From positions 5,435,888 through 5,499,887 of the forward strand of contig OZ220736.1 of assembly GCA_965116825.1 (NCBI GenBank): a DNA stretch of 64,000 nucleotides, in the 5' to 3' direction. Positions within the stretch are counted from its first letter, which is position 1. Every line of letters begins with the position of its first letter. The position numbers and the translations under genes are program-made. Shown piece after piece: positions 10,901 to 19,971 of this stretch. The stretch comes from Vicinamibacterales bacterium (GTDB lineage Bacteria > Acidobacteriota > Vicinamibacteria > Vicinamibacterales > UBA8438). Under the pieces are notes generated by a model that did not search any database, was not told where the DNA came from, and was given only the letters and a program-made list of their open reading frames with translations.

Positions 10901-11144
10901 GCGGGAGCTGCACCACGCTGTACAGCCCGGCGCCGTCGGTGAACGCCACCTGCGGCGCACCCATTGCGGCCGACGTCACCTCCACGGTGACGCCCGGCAG
11001 CACGCCCCCGGTGTTGTCGGTCACCTGCCCGGCGATGGCGCCGAGCTGCTGGGCCGATGCACCGGCCGTACACAAGAGCGCCGCGCAGAGCGCGGCGGAA
11101 GTGACAGCACCGAAACGAACCCGTTGCCTGAACGCGTGCGACAT
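7941..11144 (-). CDS. TonB-dependent-receptor-like outer-membrane beta-barrel with N-terminal carboxypeptidase-regulatory-like domain
   Basis: The true start is ATG 11142-11144 (MSHAFRQRVRFGAVTSAALCAALLCTAGASAQ signal). GQVTDNTGGVLPGVTVEV...DGAGLYSVVQLPLGDYTVTFTLPGF is CarboxypepD_reg-like. A long Y/G/N-rich barrel ends ...VYANLRF (C-terminal Phe). The first 149 codons of the track ORF are a non-coding extension. Confidence 0.85.
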   Translation of the reverse strand: MSHAFRQRVRFGAVTSAALCAALLCTAGASAQQLGAIAGQVTDNTGGVLPGVTVEVTSAAMGAPQVAFTDGAGLYSVVQLPLGDYTVTFTLPGFSTVVRDGITIGAGFTATIDAQMAVGSVEETITVTGEAPVVDVQTVRQQAVLDTEELEVLPVGNYGLQTIAQVTPGFTEDRADVGGTRDTWSAQGAYRFYHGKPGTRASFNGFRNQYYIGTASGSGYITNSDTIGEMQVEIAGMGAENGSGSTTINAIPREGSNTFTASLNTKYSGGGMQADNLTPELQEFGIEPPQMVNIWRAAGTMGGPIVPDKAWYYGSIARWGRRIQPPGGFFNALQGHNEFGMAGAQFPDPRMAGPHEIEDPFGLRGGPGATGFYNTRTIFHERDPNRPAYDFDWNRTHAVRLTWQAAERHRFASFLDIQKDCRCTTGYTGQFAIENENGWDMWPNGVVQGSWTSPVTTRLLLEAGGGWQTANWVNFPATGVVDGQDRHIRDAATGYRWGAPILNIAPRARTGRSMEYFRMSYVTGSHNFRVGLTLEQAFNDEERTTAHQDTLWWLLFNGNPLRLYYYAQPYFQQERMHSELGLYIQDSWTVGNLTLTGGIRTDYVTMGFPASELDAGPFVPARTVPELRGVPDWTDVNPRGGISYDLTGDGRTALKVSMGRFNELTRSRLTREFHPFTSSVSSAWRAWQDVNQNWIPDCDTRDFTPNGECGAIDNVNYGQFPDLGPDDYVFGNLEGCSEASPEACPATTFDPDVLYDNRPYTWDFLAEMQRELLTGLSVSAGYNRNWSGGYWVSDNLLTSPGDYDEYCISAPSGGRLFDVVGDISPGQTLCGYYDIRPELFGQSKRLVTLADKYGAQTREWNGFVFSVDGRLPNGIRVTGGLDLGTQSVSNCFTVDEPNQPRDLFNALPAGGPNCSHVHSWGNLADFRMHGDIPLPSDFTLSWIYKNTPGTPINALGDFTNADIHCWADGNGNCDPTSTRTGFSGSSTRTLAITAPNQYFTKRFTQLDLRFLRTFNLGDVRLDTSIDLYNAMNSNSVQSIENTIGIAFGRPITVLDARVLQVYANLRF

Positions 11145-11403
11145 GAACACCTCGCGATCGAACGGAACGAATCGCCGTGGTTCTTCGTCTGACCGTCCAG
11201 GTACCCGGCCTGTACGGCCGACCGAACCCTTCGCCGCGATTGTAGTGCCGGAGATTCGGCCGCGCAAGAACGCGCATGCCCCGGAGGTGTGCACCGTCGC
11301 ACGTAACGAAGCGGGTATCCGAGGCGCAGGGGACCCGGGACGGTGGGGGTGGGGACCGAACACGAAGCCCTGCGACGGGTCTGGCGGCGCTATACTGCGG
11401 AAC

Positions 11404-12720
11404 ATGCCGTTGCGACCCGGATGGAAGACAGCCGTGTTCACCGTCTCGGTACTCGCGGCCGCTTCGGTCGGCCCGACCGAAGCGCAACCCCCGCCCGTGT
11501 TCCGGTCGGGCGTCACCCTGGTGACGACCGACGTCATCGTCAGGGACGGTGACGGCCAGTTCATTCCCGACCTGACGCGCGACGACTTCACCGTCTACGA
11601 GGACGGTGTCCCCCAGCAGCTCGCCTCTCTCGTGCTGGTCCACGGGGGACGGGTGTTCAACCAGTTGCTGCCGCCCCCGCCGGTGCAGGAAGGGATCATC
11701 CTGCCGGGACGGACCGTGTCGCCGGGCTCCGCGACGCCGGGACGCATCTTCGTCATCTTCATCGACGACCTGCACATCCGGCCGCCGGACACGCCGCTGA
11801 TTCACCGCGTGATGGATCTGCTGCCGGAGACGCTGATCCACGAGGGCGACGAGTTCGGCATCATCTCGAGCGGCAAATCGGCCATCCGCGTCCAGATGAC
11901 GAGCGACCGGAACCGGCTGCGCGCCATCGACGGCGCGGTCGGCGAGGCGTTCGATCCGCGGCAACTGATCGAGCGGGCGACGCAGCTCTCGTCGCTGGGC
12001 GAGTCCCGGTGGCGCGCCCACGTCGCCTTCAAGACCGCCATCGAGACCGTGCGCGGGCTCGAGCGGATCCGCCACCGGCGCAAGGTCTTCCTGTACGTGA
12101 GCGCCGGCTACAACTTCAACCCGTTCGACGACAGCCGCGTCAACGCGCGGATCGAGTCGATGCAGGAGGTCGGGTTCTTCGACAACGTCCAACTGCCGGA
12201 GTTCGACGAGCCGGCCCTCGATCAGTTCGCGACGACCGACGCGTTCGGCGAGGTGTTCAGCGACTCCGAGCTGCACAACGAGCTGCTGCTGCTGATCGAC
12301 GAGGCGAACCGCGCGAACGTCTCGTTCTACACCATCGACGTGCGCGGGCTGACCACGATCCCCGACCTCGACTTCGACCTGCGGACGACCGAGTGGAACG
12401 AGTACATCCGCAAGCAGCACTCGTCGCTGCGGACGCTGGCGGAGCTGACCGGCGGAATAGCGGTGGTCAACCGCAACACGTTCCGCGAGGCGTTCACCGA
12501 GATCGACGCCGAGACGAGCGACTACTACGTGCTCGGCTTCTACTCGTCCAACCCGGACGAGACGCGGCGCACGCGGCAACTGCGGGTCGAGGTCGCGCCC
12601 GAAGGGGCCGAGGTCCGGTCCCGAACCCATTACCTGCTGCCGTTTCCCGATGCGCCTCCCGCCGCACCGCCCGGCGCGGCGTCCGTCTCGCCGCCCGAAG
12701 CGCCGCGGGCCGCGCGGTAG
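11404..12720 (+). CDS. VWA-domain protein (acidobacterial VWFA-related, TIGR03436-like)
   Basis: ATG at 11404 (MPLRPGWKTAVFTVSVLAAASVGPTEAQ signal). FRSGVTLVTTDVIVRDGDGQFIPDLTRDDFTVYEDGVPQ and IFVIFIDDLH...VSFYTIDVRGL are the characteristic motifs. The upstream part of the 593-aa track ORF is antisense to the barrel gene. Confidence 0.8.
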   Translation: MPLRPGWKTAVFTVSVLAAASVGPTEAQPPPVFRSGVTLVTTDVIVRDGDGQFIPDLTRDDFTVYEDGVPQQLASLVLVHGGRVFNQLLPPPPVQEGIILPGRTVSPGSATPGRIFVIFIDDLHIRPPDTPLIHRVMDLLPETLIHEGDEFGIISSGKSAIRVQMTSDRNRLRAIDGAVGEAFDPRQLIERATQLSSLGESRWRAHVAFKTAIETVRGLERIRHRRKVFLYVSAGYNFNPFDDSRVNARIESMQEVGFFDNVQLPEFDEPALDQFATTDAFGEVFSDSELHNELLLLIDEANRANVSFYTIDVRGLTTIPDLDFDLRTTEWNEYIRKQHSSLRTLAELTGGIAVVNRNTFREAFTEIDAETSDYYVLGFYSSNPDETRRTRQLRVEVAPEGAEVRSRTHYLLPFPDAPPAAPPGAASVSPPEAPRAAR

Positions 12721-12749
12721 GAGTCTCCGCCGCAGAACGGCGCGGACTC
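12721..12749. terminator. GC-rich hairpin between convergent genes
   Basis: GAGTCTCCGCCG-cagaa-CGGCGCGGACTC: 11 of 12 positions pair (one is G-U). It starts directly after the VWA stop codon and lies about 70 nt from the DUF5916 stop. No T-tract. Confidence 0.35.
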
Positions 12750-12817
12750 CCGGAGGGTTGGTTGGGCGGCAAGCAGAGCGCAGGCGACGCTTTCCGGGCT
12801 GGCGACCCGCGGCGCGG

Positions 12818-15073
12818 TCAGTACCGGAACAGGTACGAGACCTTCGTGAAGATGGCGCGGTTCGTCCGGCGGTAGCGGGGCGTCGGAAACCGCATCGGAT
12901 CCAGGGGGTCGAGTCGGTCATCCTGCTGGTAGTGCCCGTCATAGCCCAGGTAGAAGACCGTTCCGGAATTGACGCGGTAGGTCAACAGCAGGTTGCCGTC
13001 GATGGTCTCGTCGAACGAGTTGTACTCCATGATGTTCCGGAGCAGCAGCCGCTCGGTGAACTGGAACGTGGTGAGCGCCCGCAGCACCTGGATGTCGAAC
13101 ACCAACGTGCCGCTGCGCGGATCGTCCAGCCGGCTCAGCTCGACGTTCAACTGCGACTGCAGCCGCGAGACCGGCCGAAAAATCGCGGTCAGGCTGCCAA
13201 GCCGGCCGCGGCCGAGGAACGGCATGCCGGCGTAGCGGATCGACTCGCCCCAGGACACGTTGCCGACCAACGCCACCCGCCGGCTGGCGTTGACGTCGAA
13301 GTCGAAGCCCTGGTTCCACTTCCAGAAGTCGATGCCGCCGTAGCGCTCGAGCGCCCGCTCCGCGATCAGCCCGAACCGCACGTTGCGCGCGAAGGTGAAA
13401 TCGAGCCCGCCGCCGACGGTCTCGTCCATCAGCACGTCGTCGTACGAGTAGTTTCGCCCGTACCGTACGCGCGGCCCCCAGTTGACCAGCCAGTGCTCCG
13501 GCCACCAGCGGTAGGCCAGGTTGGTGAACATGCGCTTGTCGTCGACCCGCCGCACGAAGCCGGTGTCGATGCGGAAGTCGGGACTGGTGCCCCCGTAGAA
13601 GGCGGAGAAGTTCACGTTCCGCCCCACGTGGTTGAAGAAGGTCCCCATCGTCTCGCCCACGCGCTCGACTCCCTGCTCGTCGCGGTGCCACGAGCGCGAC
13701 AGAAAGACGTTCCAGCGGTTGGTGGGACCCAGACGCATGTTGGAATCGAACGCGGCCATTCGGCTGTAGCCGTCCATGAAGTCGCGGTTGGTCATCGTCG
13801 CCCCGACGAACGACTCCGGGTAGAGATCGAAACGCGCGCGGCCGATGGCGACGTTGGCGGTCCGGCCGAACGCCGGGTCCGACGGATCGTCGCGCTTCCC
13901 GGGCGCCTCGTCGTCGGCGAAGAGGACGCCGATCGAGCTGCGGCCCACCTTGCCGCTCACCTTGCCGCCGTAGCGGGGATCGATGATGGTCCGGGTGTGG
14001 ATGGGCGTGATGGGCGCGAAGACGTTGAAAATCTCCTGCCCCTCCAGGAAGAACGGCCGCAGCTCGGGATAGAAGAGCGGGAAGCGCTGGTTCACGTCGA
14101 TCTGCGGCAGGTCGGACTCGATCTGCGAGAAGTCGGGGTTGACCGTAAAGTCGGCGGTCAGGTCGGACGAGATGCCGTACTTCAGGTTGAGCCCCGCCTC
14201 GGCCACGCCGTCGTCGACGAACGCCCCGCCCGCGTCGAGTGCTCCGATGCGGAAGGCGGTAACGGTCGGCAGGATCTCCAGGTTGCGGCTGGTCGACAGA
14301 TCGGTGAGCCCCTCCAGCACCCCCATCTGCGCCAGGAACTGGGCTATGTTCCTGGAAACCGGCGACCAGACGACCGTCTCGTCCTTCCCCTGGATCGACC
14401 GGCTGACCTGGAACCCCCAGCGGTGCGACTCCCCCGCGTCCACCGGCGGGTAGCGCAGGCTCTTGAACGGAATCGCCAGCTCCGCCGTCCAGCCGTCTTC
14501 CGACGGCGCCCCGGCCGAGACGAAGAGCGCATCCCAGGAGATGTCGCCTTCCGGAATGCCGCTGGGCGGCGTCTCCGAGGGTCTGCCCTGCGTGCCGAGG
14601 GCCCGCCGCTGGCTGCGGTTGCGCAGGCCGGTCGAGTTCAGAATCGCGTCCCCCTGCACGCCGAAGCCGTTGACGGTGAACTGATACGCCCGCTGCCGGT
14701 CGCGGAACGGGTCGAAGAAGATCGAGACGGTGTCGTCCTCCGCGATCTGATCGCGGTCGGCGCGGTTCGCCCGCATCAGGTCGGGATCGGCGTAGCGCGC
14801 TCGAATGCCGACGTAGAGGTTCTCGCCGTCGTAGGCGACGTACACCTGGGTCGCTTCGGTGGCCGCCGCCCCCTCGACCGGCGCCGTCTGCACGAAGGCG
14901 GAAAGCTGCGCGGCCTGCCGCCAGGCGTCGTCGGCCAGCAGGCCGTCGATGGCCGGCGGCTCGTCGACCCGCACCGCCGACACGGCCGGTTGCGCCGCGG
15001 CGTGCGCCACCGAACCCGCCAGAAGCAGCGCCGCCGCATAGATCGCAGCACCGGCAGGCGGTTCCCGCAACAT
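12818..15073 (-). CDS. DUF5916 / CBM9-like domain outer-membrane protein
   Basis: N-terminal VRVDEPPAIDGLLADDAWRQA...VYVAYDGENLYVGIRA...FDPFRDRQRAYQFTVNGFGVQGDA is CBM9/DOMON-like. A long beta-rich C-terminal region ends ...KVSYLFRY. Start chosen at ATG 15071-15073 (MLREPPAGAAIYAAALLLAGSVAHAAAQ). The track ORF begins at 15127. Confidence 0.75.
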   Translation of the reverse strand: MLREPPAGAAIYAAALLLAGSVAHAAAQPAVSAVRVDEPPAIDGLLADDAWRQAAQLSAFVQTAPVEGAAATEATQVYVAYDGENLYVGIRARYADPDLMRANRADRDQIAEDDTVSIFFDPFRDRQRAYQFTVNGFGVQGDAILNSTGLRNRSQRRALGTQGRPSETPPSGIPEGDISWDALFVSAGAPSEDGWTAELAIPFKSLRYPPVDAGESHRWGFQVSRSIQGKDETVVWSPVSRNIAQFLAQMGVLEGLTDLSTSRNLEILPTVTAFRIGALDAGGAFVDDGVAEAGLNLKYGISSDLTADFTVNPDFSQIESDLPQIDVNQRFPLFYPELRPFFLEGQEIFNVFAPITPIHTRTIIDPRYGGKVSGKVGRSSIGVLFADDEAPGKRDDPSDPAFGRTANVAIGRARFDLYPESFVGATMTNRDFMDGYSRMAAFDSNMRLGPTNRWNVFLSRSWHRDEQGVERVGETMGTFFNHVGRNVNFSAFYGGTSPDFRIDTGFVRRVDDKRMFTNLAYRWWPEHWLVNWGPRVRYGRNYSYDDVLMDETVGGGLDFTFARNVRFGLIAERALERYGGIDFWKWNQGFDFDVNASRRVALVGNVSWGESIRYAGMPFLGRGRLGSLTAIFRPVSRLQSQLNVELSRLDDPRSGTLVFDIQVLRALTTFQFTERLLLRNIMEYNSFDETIDGNLLLTYRVNSGTVFYLGYDGHYQQDDRLDPLDPMRFPTPRYRRTNRAIFTKVSYLFRY

Positions 15074-15160
15074 GCTGCGCTCGCACCGAGCGCCGCCGCG
15101 CGGCCGGCGCACACCCATCATGAGCAAGTCGTCACCGGCATGGCCTTCCCGGGAATCCGG

Positions 15161-16951
15161 TCATCGGTCGATCGGGCTCGTCTCGACGATCCCGGCGCCT
15201 TCCTCGATCGTGATCCGCAGATTGGCCTCGACCGGTCCGACCTCTTCGGTGCGGCCCCCGGGCCAGACCACCCGCACCGCGTCCGCCCGCGGCGCGGCGC
15301 CGAGCCCGAACGTCACGGGCAGCTCGCTCTGCGAGGCGTAGCTCGACCCGGTCCGCACCCGCCGCCAGCGGGTCTCGCCTCCCGCCGTCACCTCGACGCG
15401 CGCTCCGATGCCGTCGCGGTTCCCGGTGGTTCCGACCAACCGGACCCGCAGCAGCCGCCCGCCCGCGGTGTCGTTGCGCAGCAGCCGCGGAGCGCCGCCG
15501 TTGGCGGTGATCACCACGTCCGGATCGCCGTCGCCGTCGGCGTCGGCGTACGCCGCGCCGCGCCCGACCAGCGGTGTCTCCAGCCCCCCGCCGGCGCCGG
15601 CCGCCTCCTCGAAGCGGCCGCTGCCCAGGTTGCGGAAGAGCTGGGGGCGCTGCGCGTGGCTGACCCGCGACTGGACCCGCCCCACATCGTCCGCGACGTG
15701 GCCGTTGGCGGCCAGGATGTCGAGACGGCCGTCGAGATCGGCATCGAAGAAGAAGCAGCCGAACGTCAGCGTCAGCAGCGTCGCCCGGCCGAGCGGCGAG
15801 CGCGGTGCCTCGTCGATGAAGAGCCCGTTACCCTCGTTGTGGTACAGGGCCAGCATCTCGTTCGAAAAGTTGCCGATGACGAGGCCGGGCAGCCCCGAGT
15901 CGTCGTAGTCTGCGGCGTCCGCTCCCATGCCGGCGCGCGCCACTCCGGTCTCGCTGAAGGCGACCGCGGCAGTGACCGCGATGTCCTCGAACGTGCCGTC
16001 GCCCCGGTTGCGGAACAACTGGTTCGGCTGCGTGTCGTTCGCCACGAACAGGTCCATCCAGCCGTCGGCGTCCGTATCGAGCATCACCACGCCGAGCGCC
16101 TTGGCCGACGGCGCCGCCACCCCGGCCGCCTCCGTCACGTCCTCGAACGTACCGTCACCCCGGTTGCGGTAGAGGGTCGCACTCTGCCCGGCGTAGGACT
16201 CCGGCGTGCAGTACGACTTGGTCTCGCCGTCGAGCGTGCAGAACAGATCGGTCTCCGGCGTCCAGGTCACGTAGTTGCCCACGAAGAGATCGAGGTGCCC
16301 GTCGCGGTCGTAGTCGAACCACAGAGCGCTGGTCGAGAACCCGGGATCGCCGACGCCGGCCGCGGCGGTCTCGTCGGTGAACGCGCCGTCTCCCGTGCCT
16401 CTGAGCAGGCGATTCGGGCCGAGCGCGGTCAGATAAACGTCCACCTGCCCGTCGTTGTCGTAGTCGGCCGCCGCGCCGCCGATGCCGTAGATCGGGACGT
16501 CGAGCCCGGACCCGCGGGTGATGTCGGTGAAGGACCAGCCGCCGTCGTTGCGGTACAGCGCCGGCGGAGTGCCGGCTCCCCTCCCCGGCCAGTCGGTGGA
16601 GTTGACCAGCAGCAGGTCCTGCCGGCCGTCGTCGTTCGCGTCCAGCCAGATCGCCCCGGCGCCGAGGGTCTCCGGGAGGTACTTCTCGCCGAACGCGCCT
16701 GTGTTGTGGGTGAATTCGACCCCGGCCTCCGCGGTGACGTCGGTGAAGACGATCGGCGCGGCCGGATCGGCAGCAGCGCCCACGGCCTCCGGCGTTCCTG
16801 CGGCAGCCTCGGGGTCCGGAACCACGTCCCGCGCGGGTCCGGCACAGCCGGCCACGGCGACGAGCACGATTGCGACGGCGCCGAGCATCGCGCAGGCGAG
16901 CCGGCGTGACGGCAGCGTGCGAATCATCCTACCGCTTCCGCTCCGCCGCAT
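15161..16951 (-). CDS. CRTAC1-family protein (FG-GAP/VCBS + ASPIC/UnbV), lipoprotein
   Basis: 596-aa ORF. Lipobox VAVAGC. Motifs DANDDGRQDLLLVN, DYDNDGQVDVY, DYDRDGHLDLF, DTDADGWMDLF. C-terminal LLRVRLVGTTGNRDGIGARVEV...RTGSSYASQSELPVTFGL. The start codon overlaps the upstream stop by 1 nt (TGATG at 16949-16953). Confidence 0.85.
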   Translation of the reverse strand: MRRSGSGRMIRTLPSRRLACAMLGAVAIVLVAVAGCAGPARDVVPDPEAAAGTPEAVGAAADPAAPIVFTDVTAEAGVEFTHNTGAFGEKYLPETLGAGAIWLDANDDGRQDLLLVNSTDWPGRGAGTPPALYRNDGGWSFTDITRGSGLDVPIYGIGGAAADYDNDGQVDVYLTALGPNRLLRGTGDGAFTDETAAAGVGDPGFSTSALWFDYDRDGHLDLFVGNYVTWTPETDLFCTLDGETKSYCTPESYAGQSATLYRNRGDGTFEDVTEAAGVAAPSAKALGVVMLDTDADGWMDLFVANDTQPNQLFRNRGDGTFEDIAVTAAVAFSETGVARAGMGADAADYDDSGLPGLVIGNFSNEMLALYHNEGNGLFIDEAPRSPLGRATLLTLTFGCFFFDADLDGRLDILAANGHVADDVGRVQSRVSHAQRPQLFRNLGSGRFEEAAGAGGGLETPLVGRGAAYADADGDGDPDVVITANGGAPRLLRNDTAGGRLLRVRLVGTTGNRDGIGARVEVTAGGETRWRRVRTGSSYASQSELPVTFGLGAAPRADAVRVVWPGGRTEEVGPVEANLRITIEEGAGIVETSPIDR

Positions 16952-19797
16952 CAGAACGCCGGCCCGGCCGCGGCGCCGTGCTCGTGGATCGCCTGCCGCT
17001 CGTTGTTGTCCTCGGGCGAGGCGCGCCGGAAGGGACCGGTGATCGCCTGGGCCGCCTCGTCCGCCTTGAAGCGCTCGTAGAGCGCCCGCTCGCGGGCGGC
17101 CTCTTCGGGGCGGCCCGCTCCCTGGTGGCTCAGCATCAGGTTGTAGTGCGCCTGCAGGTCCTCCGGATCGATGCGCAGCACCGACTCGAACGTGGCCACC
17201 GCCTCGTCGAAGCGCCGCTCCAGGAAGTGGATGCGCCCGATCTGGTTCAGCACCACGCGGTCCCGCGGGTACTGCGCCCGCGCCGCCTCGAACTGCGCCA
17301 GCGCCTCGTCATAGCGTCCGAGCGCACGGAGCGCGGTCCCCAGAAAATAGTGTGCGCGCGCGAGCCCCGGCGACAGCTCCAGGGCCTGCTCCAGCAACGG
17401 GATCGCGGTCTCGACGTCGCCTTCCTGCAAACGCGCGCGGGCCACGTTGACCGGCCCGTCGGCATAGTCCGGCTCGATCTCCATCACCGCGCGGAACGCT
17501 GCCTCGGCCCCCCGCAGGTCGCCCTGCAGCAGCAGGCCGATTCCATAGTCGTTCCAGCGCTCGCGCAACGAAGGGGCCCGCACCCGCGGAACATCCGGCA
17601 GCGGGACCGCCGCATCTATTACCTCCAGCGACGCCTCCGCCTCGGCCATTACGGTCGTGGGAATGTCCGGGATCGCCTTGATGCCGCCGGAGACGCCGCC
17701 GGTGTCGCCCGTGAACCGCCACTCGGCATCGTCGTGGTCGGCGGACGGGGGCGGCGCCTGCGGATCGCGCACCCCGGCGAACGCCCACTGCGTATTCCAC
17801 CAGGAGAACTTCCGGTAGTTGACCTTCGCCCGGAGATGGATGCGGTCGCCGGCATCCTCCGGCACCCGCAGCCGGTAGTGAACGGTATCGGCGGCGCCGG
17901 GCGGGATCAGCCGCACGTAGGCGACCGAACGGGTCATCCAGGCGTTGCGCTTGTTGATTGGATTGCCGTGCGCATCCAGTTGCAGGCTGCGGTAGAAGTG
18001 GGCGCCCGGATCCACCGGACCGCTGCCGCCGTCGGCCGCCGCGCCGCTGTGCAGCAGCACGCGCCCGCGATCGTCGACCGCCTCGAACTCCACCCACACG
18101 TCGAATGCGTCGACCGTGCCGCCGGGAAAGAAGTGCCCCACCTTGCGGGTGCGGACCACCACCTCCACGCGCACCGACTCCCCGCGCCGCACGAAGACCG
18201 GAGCCAGGTCGAGCGGCGCGATCACCTCGGCCGGCTGCGTCACCACCCCCCCGGCCCCGAAACGGGCGGACTCCTCGCCCACGGCGAAGGTACTGGACAG
18301 CCGCGGCTCGGCGGTGCGCTCATCCGGCGCCCGCGGCGGCGCCGCCGCGGGCGCCCGTGTGATGCCGAACACGTCGACCGATATCTGTCCGGCCCGCAGG
18401 AAGTCCTGGACGACCCGCAACTGCTCGTCGTCGCCGTTGACGAACGGCAACGCCGTATTGGCGCCCGGGAAGCGGTGCGAGCGCACGTAGCCGTCGGCCG
18501 CGGCCGGGTCGTCCGACCGCACGAGCGGCATGTGGCAGTCGTTGCAGGTGAGCGGGGTCTCCGGGTAGTAGAACGAACGGGCCCCTTGCCCGGACACGCC
18601 CGACGCCTGCCAGTTGTCGTACTCGTTGAAGCCGCGGATCCAGCGGTAGCCGTTGACGGGCACGTCCAGATGGACCTTGTGGCACGTGGAGCAGAACTCC
18701 GCGCTGTCCTCGCGGTGAAACGGCTTCAGGAACGTGCGCCGGTGGGGCTCCGGCGCCAGCTCGGTCACGAGATCGTGCGCCCAGCGCAGCAGCGGCGCCT
18801 CGCTGGCGGCCAGGTCGTGCAGCGGCGGATACTCGACGGTGAAGTCCCCCTGCCCCATGGTGCCGCCGACGTGCACGATCGAGTGACAGGACGTGCAACC
18901 CAGGCCCGCCTGCGCTTCCGGCGTATCGATCTGCTCCCGGATCGGCCGATCGAAGCGCCCGTTGAAGAACACGGCGTGGTCATGGCAGCCGGCGCACCAC
19001 TTCGACGGCCGGGTGCCCACCACGTCCTGCATGTACTCGATGGACCGGCGGTACCACTGGTTGTTGAACGACGAGAAATGGTGAGCGGAAGCATTCCACT
19101 GATCGTAGATGTCGCGATGGCACCGCCCGCATGTCTCGCTGGTCAGAAAGAAATCGGCGGGAATGACGTCGCCGGTGTTCGTGCGCGCCGACGAAGGAAA
19201 GAACGGGCTGCCGGGACCGGCCCCTTCGCCCTCCATCGTCGTCGGCGGCCGCAGGGGGTTGACGATGCGATGCGCCTCCCGCCAGTCGGCATCCCACGCC
19301 GCACGGACCGCGGGGGTCATCAGCGCCGCCGCCGCCAGCGCCGCGAGCCCGCCGCGGATCGCCCACGATGTTGCACCAGCGACCGGCGCCGCGCGCCACG
19401 CGTGCGCGCCCACGAAAACCGCGCCGGCCGCCGACAGCGCGACGTGCAGGTCGAGAACCCATTCGTACGGCCGCGTGGCTCCCAGGGCGAGCACACCGCA
19501 CCCCAGCAGCAGTCCGCCCCCGAGCAAGCCCAGCCCGGCAGCCAGCACACGCCCCGCAGGCTCCGCTCGACGCCGGACCCACAGCCCGGTCGCCACCGCC
19601 AGCACCAGGCCGAGCAACGGATGCGCCACGACCTGGACCACGTAGCCGAGCGACGCTGCAGGGGCCGCGGCCAGCCACATGGCGTTCAGCAGCAAGACCG
19701 CGAAACCGGAGAGGAGCAGCGTCGACCCGCGCTCCGGCGCGGCCGGCGACGCACGCCCGGTCACCTCGTCGCGAGATATTCCAGTCGGTCCGGTCAT
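16951..19797 (-). CDS. Membrane-anchored pentahaem c-type cytochrome fused to C-terminal TPR repeats
   Basis: 948-aa ORF. The N-terminal ~190 aa carry several hydrophobic helices. Five CxxCH motifs follow (CGRCH, CAGCH, CTSCH, CSTCH, CNDCH) in a cytochrome c554-like context. C-terminal TPR repeats (AEAAFRAVMEIEPDYADGPVNVARARLQEGD..., RAHYFLGTALRALGRYDEA...). Confidence 0.85.
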   Translation of the reverse strand: MTGPTGISRDEVTGRASPAAPERGSTLLLSGFAVLLLNAMWLAAAPAASLGYVVQVVAHPLLGLVLAVATGLWVRRRAEPAGRVLAAGLGLLGGGLLLGCGVLALGATRPYEWVLDLHVALSAAGAVFVGAHAWRAAPVAGATSWAIRGGLAALAAAALMTPAVRAAWDADWREAHRIVNPLRPPTTMEGEGAGPGSPFFPSSARTNTGDVIPADFFLTSETCGRCHRDIYDQWNASAHHFSSFNNQWYRRSIEYMQDVVGTRPSKWCAGCHDHAVFFNGRFDRPIREQIDTPEAQAGLGCTSCHSIVHVGGTMGQGDFTVEYPPLHDLAASEAPLLRWAHDLVTELAPEPHRRTFLKPFHREDSAEFCSTCHKVHLDVPVNGYRWIRGFNEYDNWQASGVSGQGARSFYYPETPLTCNDCHMPLVRSDDPAAADGYVRSHRFPGANTALPFVNGDDEQLRVVQDFLRAGQISVDVFGITRAPAAAPPRAPDERTAEPRLSSTFAVGEESARFGAGGVVTQPAEVIAPLDLAPVFVRRGESVRVEVVVRTRKVGHFFPGGTVDAFDVWVEFEAVDDRGRVLLHSGAAADGGSGPVDPGAHFYRSLQLDAHGNPINKRNAWMTRSVAYVRLIPPGAADTVHYRLRVPEDAGDRIHLRAKVNYRKFSWWNTQWAFAGVRDPQAPPPSADHDDAEWRFTGDTGGVSGGIKAIPDIPTTVMAEAEASLEVIDAAVPLPDVPRVRAPSLRERWNDYGIGLLLQGDLRGAEAAFRAVMEIEPDYADGPVNVARARLQEGDVETAIPLLEQALELSPGLARAHYFLGTALRALGRYDEALAQFEAARAQYPRDRVVLNQIGRIHFLERRFDEAVATFESVLRIDPEDLQAHYNLMLSHQGAGRPEEAARERALYERFKADEAAQAITGPFRRASPEDNNERQAIHEHGAAAGPAF

Positions 19798-19971
19798 TCA
19801 GCCCAGCCCGCTTCCATTCTAGCGCCGCCAAACCCGTCGCAAGGCGCCGCGTTCGGCGCGGAGTGCTCGGCGCACGGCCGGGAGGGAACGCCGCCGGCCG
19901 CAGCCCCGGGGAGACGCCGACTGCGCGATACCCCGCGCGTCCGCGCCGGGGTGGCGCCGGCCGCAAAAGGA

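Noticed and set aside
11145-11591. 149-codon N-terminal extension of the TonB-type barrel ORF.
   Set aside because: The sequence is junk-like. A clean signal peptide starts at the internal ATG at 11144.
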